From assembly GCA_000830275.1 (NCBI GenBank), contig CP010424.1:330001-362000 (forward strand): 32,000 bases of DNA, read 5' to 3'. Shown piece by piece: positions 9,215 to 16,553 of the stretch. The translations under genes and the position numbers were made by a program. Under the pieces are notes generated by a model that was not told the origin of the DNA, searched no databases, and saw only the letters and a list, made by a program, of their open reading frames with translations. The stretch comes from an archaeon GW2011_AR10. Its GTDB lineage: Archaea; Iainarchaeota; Iainarchaeia; Iainarchaeales; GW2011-AR10. The number at the start of each line of letters is the position of its first letter. Position 1 is the stretch's first letter.

Positions 9215-9427
9215 TTGGCTGAAAAGATTCTTCCACTTGCAGCTGTTGACCGCATCATCAGGAAAGGCGGTGCTGCACGCGTTAGCGAGGATGCAGCAGC
9301 TGCCCTGGCTGAAATACTAGAGGATTACGGCGTTAAAATCAGTCAGAAGGCAGCAGAGTTTGCAGGCCACGCCAAGCGGAAAACCATTGTAGGTGCTGAC
9401 ATCAGGCTCGCGGAAAAAAGCAGATAA
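9215..9427 (+). CDS. Archaeal histone (HMf family)
   Basis: 70 aa. LPLAAVDRIIRKGGAARVSEDAA...HAKRKTIVGADIRLA is the canonical archaeal histone fold. TTG start with a GAGGT Shine-Dalgarno 6 nt upstream. Confidence 0.9.
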   Translation: MAEKILPLAAVDRIIRKGGAARVSEDAAAALAEILEDYGVKISQKAAEFAGHAKRKTIVGADIRLAEKSR

Positions 9428-9428
9428 C

Positions 9429-10019
9429 TTACTGAATCCTGATTGTTTTGTCGAAGAAAAGCGATAGGTTCTCGATAGTTATTTCGTTGCCTCTTGTCTC
9501 AACCGTTACAAAAATCCCCTTGGTTTTCCAGTGATAAATCCTCTCTAAGAGAGCGTGAACGAACTTCTCGACTGTCTTCTCGTCATTGTAAACCAAAAGC
9601 GTTGAAACGGAGTCAAGGAAAATGAATTCACCACCATACTGCTTGGATTTGATTGCCTTGTCCAACAACACAGTTATCTCTGTTACGTTTTGCGAGGAAA
9701 AAACCTTTATGCCCCTTTCTCCTGCCGGCTCCCTCTCCTTAGTGACGCAATCAACAAAGAAAAGGTTTTCCGCTTTAATGCCATTCTTCAGGAAATTTTC
9801 AAGGATTTTTCTGAAAGGCTTGTTTGTTGTAATGTATGTGCCGAAAAGCTTTTTCTCGTTCAATAGTATATCCATGAAGCCCAGCACAACCTTCTCATAA
9901 TTGTTTGGCTTAACTATAATCAGAACAGTGAACTCTTCCGGCAGCTTGGTGAGCTCGCTTTCAATAACCTGTTTTATTCCATAGTCTATGTCAATTATTT
10001 CAATGCCTTTTTCTCGCAT
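9429..10019 (-). CDS. KaiC/RecA-superfamily-like protein lacking a recognisable Walker A
   Basis: The C-terminal part (FIFLDSVSTLLVYN...KGIFVTVE) resembles the Walker B/strand region of KaiC-like ATPases. The place where a P-loop is expected reads VKPNNYEK. Confidence 0.35.
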   Translation of the reverse strand: MREKGIEIIDIDYGIKQVIESELTKLPEEFTVLIIVKPNNYEKVVLGFMDILLNEKKLFGTYITTNKPFRKILENFLKNGIKAENLFFVDCVTKEREPAGERGIKVFSSQNVTEITVLLDKAIKSKQYGGEFIFLDSVSTLLVYNDEKTVEKFVHALLERIYHWKTKGIFVTVETRGNEITIENLSLFFDKTIRIQ

Positions 10020-10032
10020 TCCGGCACCAGCC

Positions 10033-10098
10033 TTTAAACTATAGCAAACAGCTTTAATTCTTGGACTTTTATTGGCTGTTTGCTAGTTGCAAAATGCA
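10033..10098. repeat. Palindromic intergenic repeat family 1, copy A
   Basis: TTTAAACTATAGCAAACAGC-N22-GCTGTTTGCTAGTTGCAAAATGCA. 11-bp inverted arms at 10042-10052 and 10075-10085. By-eye alignment shows close similarity to 13775-13840 along the whole length. Confidence 0.8.
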
Positions 10099-10176
10099 AT
10101 TTTTGCTCAAATGCACAAGCATTTTGCCATAATTACCTTATTTCTTTCAGCAATATAAAGTTATGCTGCTGCAGGC

Positions 10177-10262
10177 AAGGTTGTTGAATACCTTCACCTC
10201 ACCCATATAACCTCACCCATATAGAAGCACTAATTAAGTTAATAAGTATTCAACACCCTTAG
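10177..10262 (-). repeat. Palindromic stop-codon-adjacent repeat family 2, copy A (minus orientation)
   Basis: The reverse complement of 10227-10259 is identical over 33 nt to 15724-15756 (AGGGTGTTGAATACTTATTAACTTAATTAGTGC). The distal arm GTATTCAACAACCTT is also shared. There is an internal duplication of CCTCACCCATATA. The core starts 3 nt after the stop of the 10263-10967 gene. Confidence 0.8.
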
Positions 10263-10967
10263 TCACTTTATTGCTTCCCACATGATTTTGTCTCTTGGGT
10301 TGATTTGGATGCCTTTGCTGGTTATTTCGAATGGGTGAACGTTTTTGCTGTGGTTGGTGGCGCGCATTTTTCTAACGAAAACGCTTCTGTTTGGTGGAGA
10401 AAAATACAATGCAATGACCCCGTCAGCAACAAACTCTTCCACCCCAAAAGCACTAAAATCATTCCTCCTGCCCCTCGTCTCAGCAATGAGCAGAGTAGTG
10501 CAGCCCAGCTTTTTCAGCTCGTCAGTGAACTCATACAGCAATGACCTAATTTTGCCGGTTTCCTGAATCCACACTGCAAAAGCAGTAGTTGAGTCAACAA
10601 CAAGCCTTTTTACATTCATTTGCTGCACTATTTTGGAAATTGCCTTCAGCTCTGCCTTTATCTGCATTTCAATGTTTTCTTCAGAGTTAAGGTTGAGTTT
10701 GTATATTTTGACCATGTTTTTGTCCTGCAGTCTCTTTAGGTCCCAGCCAAAGTTCTCAATGTTCCACTCAATGTTTTTCACGTTCTCCTCAATGCTGACA
10801 TAAAGCCCCGGCTCATTGAAGTCTTTTGCGCCAATGTAAATGAAAGTTGAGGCTAGAATTGTCTTGCAGGTGCCGCTGCCGCCTGAAATAAGTACTGTGC
10901 TGTCTCTTGGGAAGCCGCCTTCAATCAATTCGTCTAATCCGCTTACTCCGCTATTGGTTCTATCCAT
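10263..10967 (-). CDS. KaiC-like RecA-superfamily ATPase
   Basis: SGVSGLDELIEGGFPRDSTVLISGGSGTCKT (Walker A), Walker B-like LVVDSTT, single KaiC-type domain. Confidence 0.8.
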   Translation of the reverse strand: MDRTNSGVSGLDELIEGGFPRDSTVLISGGSGTCKTILASTFIYIGAKDFNEPGLYVSIEENVKNIEWNIENFGWDLKRLQDKNMVKIYKLNLNSEENIEMQIKAELKAISKIVQQMNVKRLVVDSTTAFAVWIQETGKIRSLLYEFTDELKKLGCTTLLIAETRGRRNDFSAFGVEEFVADGVIALYFSPPNRSVFVRKMRATNHSKNVHPFEITSKGIQINPRDKIMWEAIK

Positions 10968-11548
10968 TATTTAACCTCCATTTTTTCCTTTATTTTATTT
11001 AAAGCAATTTCAAATGTCTGGCTTTCATTCAGGTTGTTAGTGTCAATAACTAGGTGAAATGGCTTTTTATCTTTTCCGAGCTCAAAGCCGTATAGCCTTT
11101 TGTATATTGCTGCAGTTTTTTTGTCGCGTTCAACAATTTTTTTCTTAACTTTCCCGAATGGAATGGAGTCCCTTTCAGCCACGCGCTTTGCGCGGGTTTC
11201 AGCTGATGCTTCAAGCCAGATCTTGAACCCTTTTTTGCTCAGCCAAGGCAGGGTCCAGGAGTCAAGCACAACACTGCCTTTTTCAGCAATTTTTAATAGC
11301 TCCTTGTCAAGCCTTTCATCCATCGAGGAATCGTTTTCCCTTTTCTTCATGTACTCTTCTGCTTCCTTGCTTTCCCACCATCCGCTTCCAGACTTTGTGT
11401 GCTCTGCATCAAGCTTTCCTGTTTTCTTGCTTTTCAGCTGCCGTAAAAGGTCAGAGGCATGGACAAATTTCAGCCCAAGGGCTTTAGCGAGCTTTTCTGT
11501 TAGGGTGCTCTTGCCTGAGCCAGCAAAACCGGAAACGATAATTAGCAT
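10967..11548 (-). CDS. cmk: Archaeal-type cytidylate kinase
   Basis: P-loop SGFAGSGKST, then the KIWLEASAETRAKRVAERD...YKRLYG...LVIDTN pattern of archaeal Cmk. Its stop overlaps the downstream KaiC-like start (TAATG). Confidence 0.65.
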   Translation of the reverse strand: MLIIVSGFAGSGKSTLTEKLAKALGLKFVHASDLLRQLKSKKTGKLDAEHTKSGSGWWESKEAEEYMKKRENDSSMDERLDKELLKIAEKGSVVLDSWTLPWLSKKGFKIWLEASAETRAKRVAERDSIPFGKVKKKIVERDKKTAAIYKRLYGFELGKDKKPFHLVIDTNNLNESQTFEIALNKIKEKMEVK

Positions 11549-11584
11549 CAGAATCCTTTAAATAAAATGAATTCCACTGTTTTT

Positions 11585-11877
11585 AAACCTTTTAGTAAAC
11601 CCAAGCAAAATCATGGATTTTGCGGGCCTCGTAAAACCTTTTAGGAAACCCAAGCAAAATCATAGATTTTGCGGGCCTCGCAAAACCAAAGGTTTTGCAA
11701 GGAGGTTTGCGAAAAATTGCCTTCGGCTAAAACCTTTGGTTTTACAAGGAGGTTTATCAAAACGCAGCTTCGCTGAAACCTTTTAAGAAAAGGTTTATCA
11801 AAACGCAGCTTCGCTGAAACCTTTTAAGAAAAGGTTTATCAAAACGCAGCTTCGCTGGAAACATTGGTTTTTGGTTG
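11585..11877. repeat. Decayed tandem array of seven AAACC-initiated units (49, 49, 47, 46, 41, 42 nt plus a remnant) rich in short palindromes
   Basis: Units 1 and 2 differ at 3 of 49 positions. Units 5 and 6 are identical over 41 nt. Palindromes with 3-nt spacers lie at 11605-11623, 11654-11672, 11680-11698, 11728-11744, 11776-11796 and 11817-11837. Confidence 0.9.
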
Positions 11878-11895
11878 AAAGGGGGAAGAAAGAAA

Positions 11896-12504
11896 TTATC
11901 CCCTTGCCTTTCTGGAGAGCTCTTCCACCTTCTTCCAGTTGATTACGTTAAAGAATGCCTCAACGTATTCCAGTCTTCTGTTCTGGTATTTGAGGTAATA
12001 CGCGTGCTCCCACACATCAATGCCAAGAATGGGTTTCTTTCCCTGTGAGATTGGAGAATCCTGATTGGGCGTTGAAACGACCTCTAGCTTGCCATTGCTT
12101 GCAACGAGCCATGCCCAGCCTGAACCAAACTGGCCTAATGCTGCATTAGTGAATGCTTCCTTGAACTTATCGAAAGTGCCAAATGCTGAATTAATGGATT
12201 TTCCTATTTCTCCTGACGGGCTTCCTCCTGCTTTGGGCGCCATAATTTGCCAGAAAATGGAGTGGTTATAATGCCCGCCGCCATGATTGCGGACAGCACC
12301 CCGGATTTTTTCAGGAACCTTGTTCAGGTTTGCAATTATTTCCCCTATTTTCTTGTTTTCCCATTCCGTACCTTTCACTGCCACATTGAGCTTGTCAATG
12401 TAAGTCTGATGGTGCTTTGTGTGGTGAATTTCCATTGTCTTTGCATCAATGTACGGCTCAAGAGCATTATAAGCGTAAGGAAGTTTTGGTAATTCAAATG
12501 CCAT
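11896..12504 (-). CDS. sod: Fe/Mn superoxide dismutase
   Basis: [36 protein letters not shown] and [15 protein letters not shown] motifs. GGAGGTGA Shine-Dalgarno 7 nt upstream. Confidence 0.95.
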   Translation of the reverse strand: MAFELPKLPYAYNALEPYIDAKTMEIHHTKHHQTYIDKLNVAVKGTEWENKKIGEIIANLNKVPEKIRGAVRNHGGGHYNHSIFWQIMAPKAGGSPSGEIGKSINSAFGTFDKFKEAFTNAALGQFGSGWAWLVASNGKLEVVSTPNQDSPISQGKKPILGIDVWEHAYYLKYQNRRLEYVEAFFNVINWKKVEELSRKARG

Positions 12505-12589
12505 AGTGCATCACCTCCAACGTGTGATTTCTATTTCATGTGAAATTAAATGCTTTTAAATGTTTTGGCGCAGCCTCTTTTTGGTTAGC

Positions 12590-13366
12590 TTATTCGTATG
12601 AGAACTCTTTTGTTGGAAACTTGCCGGCTTTAACTTCTTCCTTGAATCTTTTAAAAGCAGCGATTATTTCAGGGCGCAGGTTAAGGTACTGCTTTACAAA
12701 CTTGGGCTTGAAATCAGCTGCATTCAATCCTATCAAGTCGTTGCTTACAAGCACTTGGCCATCACAGTCAGCACCAGCACCAATTCCGATTGTAGGAGCC
12801 TTTACTGCATTAGTTATTTTTTTGCCTAGTACTGCTGGCACTGATTCAACCACAATTGAAAAGCAGCCTGCCCTGTCCAACGCAATTGCGTCATCCAAAA
12901 TTCTTTTGGCTTCCTCATCCTTTCTTCCTTGCACCTTCCAATCGCTTGTTTGCGGGGTTAACCCTACGTGGCCCATCACATCAATCCCGTTTTTTTTTAG
13001 TTCTTCCACAATTTCAATTTTTGGGCCCTCAATTTTGACTGCATTAGCGCCTGCTTCAATGAACGCGCGCGCGTTTTTCACTGCTTGTTGTGGGCCTTCA
13101 TAACTCTTGAAGGGCATATCTCCAACTACAAGCGCTTCAGGGTTTGTCCTTGCAACTGCTCTAGTGTGGTGAAGCATATGCTCCATTGTGACGGGCTTTG
13201 TATTCTTGAAGCCAAGCCACACGTTGCCCAAACTGTCCCCTACAAGGATGATGTCTGTGCCTGCCTCGTTAAGGTAAGAAGAAAAAATCGCGTCATAAGC
13301 GGTAAGCATTACTATTTTTTCTTTTCCCTTCATTTTCCTGATTTTTTCGGCGAAACCTTTTACCAT
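12590..13366 (-). CDS. panB: 3-methyl-2-oxobutanoate hydroxymethyltransferase (ketopantoate hydroxymethyltransferase)
   Basis: MLTAYDA...VGDSLGNV...GDMPF...VKIEG...GHVGLTPQ motifs of PanB. Confidence 0.92.
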   Translation of the reverse strand: MVKGFAEKIRKMKGKEKIVMLTAYDAIFSSYLNEAGTDIILVGDSLGNVWLGFKNTKPVTMEHMLHHTRAVARTNPEALVVGDMPFKSYEGPQQAVKNARAFIEAGANAVKIEGPKIEIVEELKKNGIDVMGHVGLTPQTSDWKVQGRKDEEAKRILDDAIALDRAGCFSIVVESVPAVLGKKITNAVKAPTIGIGAGADCDGQVLVSNDLIGLNAADFKPKFVKQYLNLRPEIIAAFKRFKEEVKAGKFPTKEFSYE

Positions 13367-13412
13367 AAACGCTTATTTATAATTTTGTTAATTTAAATTA
13401 ATTGGTGCGAGA

Positions 13413-13742
13413 TTGGCCAGAGAACTGCGTTCAAAGTCGTTTGACGAAAAAGTTTGGCTAAAACTTAAAGAAATCCCCTATGGCAGAGTAACAACATACA
13501 AAGCGATTGCAATTGCATTAGGAAAACCGAACGCTGCAAGGGCTGTTGGAAACGCGTGCAGGAAAAACCCTTCTGCCCCTGATGTTCCCTGCCACCGGGT
13601 TGTGAAAAGCAATGGGGGCCTTGGCGGATATGCTAAAGGGCCAAAAAGAAAAAAACTGCTGCTGCAAAGCGAAGGCGTAGAAATAAAAAACGGGGTTGTG
13701 GAAAACTTCTACAAAATCCTGCTGAAACCCAGGCATATTTGA
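13413..13742 (+). CDS. ogt: Methylated-DNA-protein-cysteine methyltransferase, single-domain (C-terminal domain only)
   Basis: IPYGRVTTYKAIA...NACRKNP...PCHRVV active-site motif. Only a TTG start is available in frame, so the start is uncertain. Confidence 0.8.
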   Translation: MARELRSKSFDEKVWLKLKEIPYGRVTTYKAIAIALGKPNAARAVGNACRKNPSAPDVPCHRVVKSNGGLGGYAKGPKRKKLLLQSEGVEIKNGVVENFYKILLKPRHI

Positions 13743-13774
13743 TCGTGTCCAATTAGCGCATTTATTTAAATTCA

Positions 13775-13840
13775 TTTAAACTATAGCAAACAGCTTATAT
13801 TTTTGAACTTTTTATTGCTGTTTGCTAGCTGCAAAACGCA
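13775..13840. repeat. Palindromic intergenic repeat family 1, copy B
   Basis: TTTAAACTATAGCAAACAGC...GCTGTTTGCTAGCTGCAAAACGCA. Inverted arms at 13784-13794 and 13817-13827. Same orientation as copy A. Confidence 0.8.
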
Positions 13841-13891
13841 GTTTCAATGTTCAATTACTTAAGCGTTTTGCTATATTATAATATTGGTTCT

Positions 13892-14809
13892 ATGCAGGAA
13901 GCAGAATTCATCTGGATGGACGGAAAGCTTGTCAAGTGGAATGAAGCGAAAATCCATTTGTTGACCCACTCGCTGCATTACGGCACAGCTGTTTTTGAGG
14001 GAATTCGCTGCTATGATACACCGAAAGGTTCTGCAATTTTCAGACTTAAAGACCATGTGAAGCGGCTGCTGAATTCACAGCATATTGTTGGAATGGATTG
14101 CGGTTACTCTGCAAAAGAACTAGAGCAGGCATGCAAACAGGTTGTGAAAGAAAACAAGTTGAAAGAGTGCTATGTGAGGCCGCTGATTTATTACGGTTAC
14201 GGTTCAATGGGAATTGACACAAGAAAAGCACCAGTAAATGTAGGCATAGCGGCTTTTAATTTTCCATCTTATCTTGGCAAAGAAGGCTTGGATAAGGGAA
14301 TCAGGGCAAAGGTTTCCTCTTTCACGAGGCCCCACCCGAACACAATGATGACAAAAGCAAAGGTTTCTGGAAATTATGCTAACTCCACTTTTGCAAAAAT
14401 GGAGGCCCTCAACTCCGGTTTTCAGGAAGCGATAATACTTGACTCTCAGGGCTATGTGAGCGAATGCAGCGCGGAAAACCTTTTTATTTCAAAGCAGGGA
14501 AAGCTGGTAACTCCGCCAGTGCTTAATGCGCTTGAAGGGATAACAAGGAATTCGATAATTGAAATTGCAAGGAAAGAGTTTAAGGTTGAGGTTGAGGAAA
14601 GCCTTTTCACAAGAGACCAGCTTTATATTGCGGATGAGGTCTTCCTTTCAGGAACTGCTGCTGAAGTCACGCCGATAGTTGAAGTTGACAACAGGAAAAT
14701 CGGCAGCGGAAAACCGGGAGAGCTCACAAAAAAAATTCAGGGCTTTTTCTTTGATGTTGCGCGAGGCAGGAAACCAAAGTATTCCGCGTGGCTTGAATTA
14801 GTGAAATAG
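13892..14809 (+). CDS. ilvE: Branched-chain amino acid aminotransferase (class IV)
   Basis: FIWMDGKLVKWNEAKIHLLTHSLHYGTAVFEGIRCY and the downstream class IV pattern. Start moved to the ATG at 13892 by homology with the usual N-terminus. Confidence 0.9.
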   Translation: MQEAEFIWMDGKLVKWNEAKIHLLTHSLHYGTAVFEGIRCYDTPKGSAIFRLKDHVKRLLNSQHIVGMDCGYSAKELEQACKQVVKENKLKECYVRPLIYYGYGSMGIDTRKAPVNVGIAAFNFPSYLGKEGLDKGIRAKVSSFTRPHPNTMMTKAKVSGNYANSTFAKMEALNSGFQEAIILDSQGYVSECSAENLFISKQGKLVTPPVLNALEGITRNSIIEIARKEFKVEVEESLFTRDQLYIADEVFLSGTAAEVTPIVEVDNRKIGSGKPGELTKKIQGFFFDVARGRKPKYSAWLELVK

Positions 14810-14823
14810 ATTTTGTTGGTTGC

Positions 14824-15717
14824 ATGTTTTCCAGAGTGGTTGTTGTTGGTGCTGGAGCAATCGGCAGCAGTTTCGGCGTGCTTCTATCCAGGAATTCTTC
14901 CGTGCTTTTAGTTGGAAGAAAAAACCATGTGGGGGAAATTAAAAAACGCGGCCTTAAGCTTAGTGGGGCAGTGAAAGGAACCTACAGGCTTCAGGCCGTT
15001 TCAGTGCTTAAAAAAATTCCTGAAAATTCGCTTGTAATTGTTTCCGCAAAAGCAACCACGAACATGGAAATTGCGGCGCAGCTTAAAGGAAAGGTGAAAA
15101 GGGATACTATTGTTGTGGTTTTGCAAAACGGTTTTGGGGTGGAGAACGCTTTCCGCAGGGCACTTGAAAGAAAATGTCTGGTTTTACGTGCAGTGACAAC
15201 TGCAGGCGCATTCATGGAAAAACCAGGAGCAGTTGTTGTTTCAGGCATCAACAAAACTTTCATTGAGCCGTCAGGGCATTCCAGGAAAATAGCTGCATTG
15301 TTTAATGAGGCTAAGATTAAAACCGAAATACCAGGAGACTTCAAGAGAGTGATTTGGTTTAAGCTGATAATGAACTGCGTTTTCAATCCCTTAACTGCTT
15401 TGGCGGAAAAAAGGAACAATGTTGTTGTGGAAATGCCTAAGCTGGTTGAAGCGATTGTATCTGAGTGCGTTGATGTGGCAAAAGCAGAGGGGCTTTCTTT
15501 TTCAAAAAAAGCACTGTCTAAAAAACTGCTTAAAAGCTCTGCCGAGAGCACAAATTATTCTTCAATGCTGCAGGACATATGGAAAGGCAGGGAAACAGAA
15601 ATCGAGTTTCTCAATGGCCAGATTGTTTCTCTGGGAAAAAAGCACGGAATCAATTGCCCCTTAAACTCTGCTTTGGTTGAACTCATTAAAGCAAAGGAAA
15701 AAGCAACTGTCGGGTAA
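14824..15717 (+). CDS. panE: 2-dehydropantoate 2-reductase
   Basis: N-terminal Rossmann VVVVGAGAIGSSFG and the C-terminal ApbA/PanE pattern (SSMLQDIWKGRETEIEFLNG). Confidence 0.85.
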   Translation: MFSRVVVVGAGAIGSSFGVLLSRNSSVLLVGRKNHVGEIKKRGLKLSGAVKGTYRLQAVSVLKKIPENSLVIVSAKATTNMEIAAQLKGKVKRDTIVVVLQNGFGVENAFRRALERKCLVLRAVTTAGAFMEKPGAVVVSGINKTFIEPSGHSRKIAALFNEAKIKTEIPGDFKRVIWFKLIMNCVFNPLTALAEKRNNVVVEMPKLVEAIVSECVDVAKAEGLSFSKKALSKKLLKSSAESTNYSSMLQDIWKGRETEIEFLNGQIVSLGKKHGINCPLNSALVELIKAKEKATVG

Positions 15718-15722
15718 TTCAA

Positions 15723-15793
15723 AAGGGTGTTGAATACTTATTAACTTAATTAGTGCCCCGCATATAGGTGGAGTAAAGGTATTCAACAACCTT
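15723..15793 (+). repeat. Palindromic stop-codon-adjacent repeat family 2, copy B (plus orientation)
   Basis: The core AGGGTGTTGAATACTTATTAACTTAATTAGTGC starts 6 nt after the panE stop. Arms GGTGTTGAATAC (15726-15737) and GTATTCAACAACC (15779-15791) are complementary with one bulge. Confidence 0.8.
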
Positions 15794-15815
15794 TCACGGC
15801 GGGGCATTTGTTTTT
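15755..15815 (+). terminator. Putative terminator: GC stem GCCCCGC/GCGGGGC followed by TTTGTTTTT
   Basis: A 7-bp GC-rich inverted repeat (15755-15761 / 15799-15805) encloses the distal half of the family-2 element. It is followed by an oligo-T tract (15807-15815) downstream of panE. Confidence 0.4.
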
Positions 15816-15890
15816 ATTATTATTTATATCCTTTTCTAAATAGGGCTTGGACTTCTTTTTTTGCTTTTGAACCGTTTTGGGAGGCTTGAA

Positions 15891-16547
15891 ATGCAGATTT
15901 TTGCTGACACCGCTGATGTGGAGAAAATAAGGGAACTTAATGCAATGGGAGTGATTGACGGCGTTACAACAAACCCGACTCTTGTGATGAAGGCTGGCAG
16001 GGATTTCAATGAAATCCTGAAAGAGATAACATCTATTGTAGATGGCCCAATCAGTGCTGAAACTGTCAGCTCTGATGCCAAGGGAATGATTAAAGAGGCT
16101 GCAGAGCTGTCGAAGATTCACAAAAACATTGTGATAAAGATTGTGAACACTCCCGAGGGGTTAAAGGCAGTAAAGCAACTTGCAGGAAAAGGCATTAAGA
16201 CAAACGTGACACTTACTTTTTCCGCAAATCAGGCATTGCTGGCAGCAAAGGCTGGCGCAACTTATGTCAGCCCGTTCATTGGAAGGCTGGATGATGTTGG
16301 GGAAGACGGCATGCAAGTGATTAGGGACATTGTGCAGATTTACAGGAACTATGGTTTTAAGACAAAAGTCTTGGTTGCAAGTGTAAGGGGGCCATTGCAT
16401 GTGCTTGAAGCCGCAAAAATTGGCGCTGATGCTTGCACTTGCCCTCCGGAAGTGATTGAGAAAATGTTCAAGCACCCTTTGACTGATGCAGGAATAAAGC
16501 GTTTCCTAGAGGATTGGGAGAAAGCCAGGAAGAATTTCAAGAAATGA
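15891..16547 (+). CDS. tal: Transaldolase, short (fructose-6-phosphate aldolase-like) type
   Basis: [15 protein letters not shown]...GVTTNPTL...KIV(N)TPEG...NVTLTFS...[13 protein letters not shown] motifs. GGAGG Shine-Dalgarno 7-9 nt upstream of the ATG at 15891. Confidence 0.9.
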   Translation: MQIFADTADVEKIRELNAMGVIDGVTTNPTLVMKAGRDFNEILKEITSIVDGPISAETVSSDAKGMIKEAAELSKIHKNIVIKIVNTPEGLKAVKQLAGKGIKTNVTLTFSANQALLAAKAGATYVSPFIGRLDDVGEDGMQVIRDIVQIYRNYGFKTKVLVASVRGPLHVLEAAKIGADACTCPPEVIEKMFKHPLTDAGIKRFLEDWEKARKNFKK

Positions 16548-16553
16548 TTGGAA

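Noticed and set aside
9075-9320. An 81-aa ORF overlaps the histone promoter and the histone 5' end.
   Set aside because: It runs through the TATA box and out of frame across the highly conserved histone gene, and no motif supports it.
10033-10098. Family 1 and family 2 repeats as bona fide MITEs with target-site duplications.
   Set aside because: Terminal inverted arms are present, but I could not identify matching direct duplications flanking either copy, and no transposase is in the window. The elements are kept as palindromic repeats of unknown origin rather than called mobile elements.
11585-11877. CRISPR array.
   Set aside because: The units are directly adjacent with no unique spacers. 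Unit lengths vary (41-49 nt). The repeats differ from each other in blocks. No cas genes are in the window.
11549-11895. Replication origin (ORB/mini-ORB elements) in the repeat-rich sod-cmk spacer.
   Set aside because: There is no orc1/cdc6 gene nearby. The repeats (CTGAAACC, GGAAAC) only loosely resemble mini-ORB cores, and there is no obvious long AT-rich unwinding element. This cannot be excluded without genome-wide skew or marker-frequency data.
12540-13103. Long antisense ORFs mirror well-supported genes. Examples: 12540-13103 (+), 1952-2422 (-), 14991-15551 (-), 16349-16849 (-), 23715-24176 (-), 25076-25606 (-), 25646-26416 (-), 27687-28214 (-), 6760-7119 (+), 11100-11561 (+).
   Set aside because: Each lies fully opposite a gene with strong family motifs. 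The products are S/L/F/P-rich and low in complexity, and they lack motifs, promoters or ribosome-binding sites. These are typical shadow ORFs.
13847-13891. N-terminal extensions in the ORF track: ilvE from 13847, tal from 15861, trpG from 23053, aroK from 29352, the phosphatase from 20406, L35Ae from 3866, S8e from 6164.
   Set aside because: Homologous N-termini begin at the downstream ATGs. The extensions overlap upstream genes or promoters and add non-conserved residues. For the phosphatase, the GTG at 20406 remains a possible alternative.
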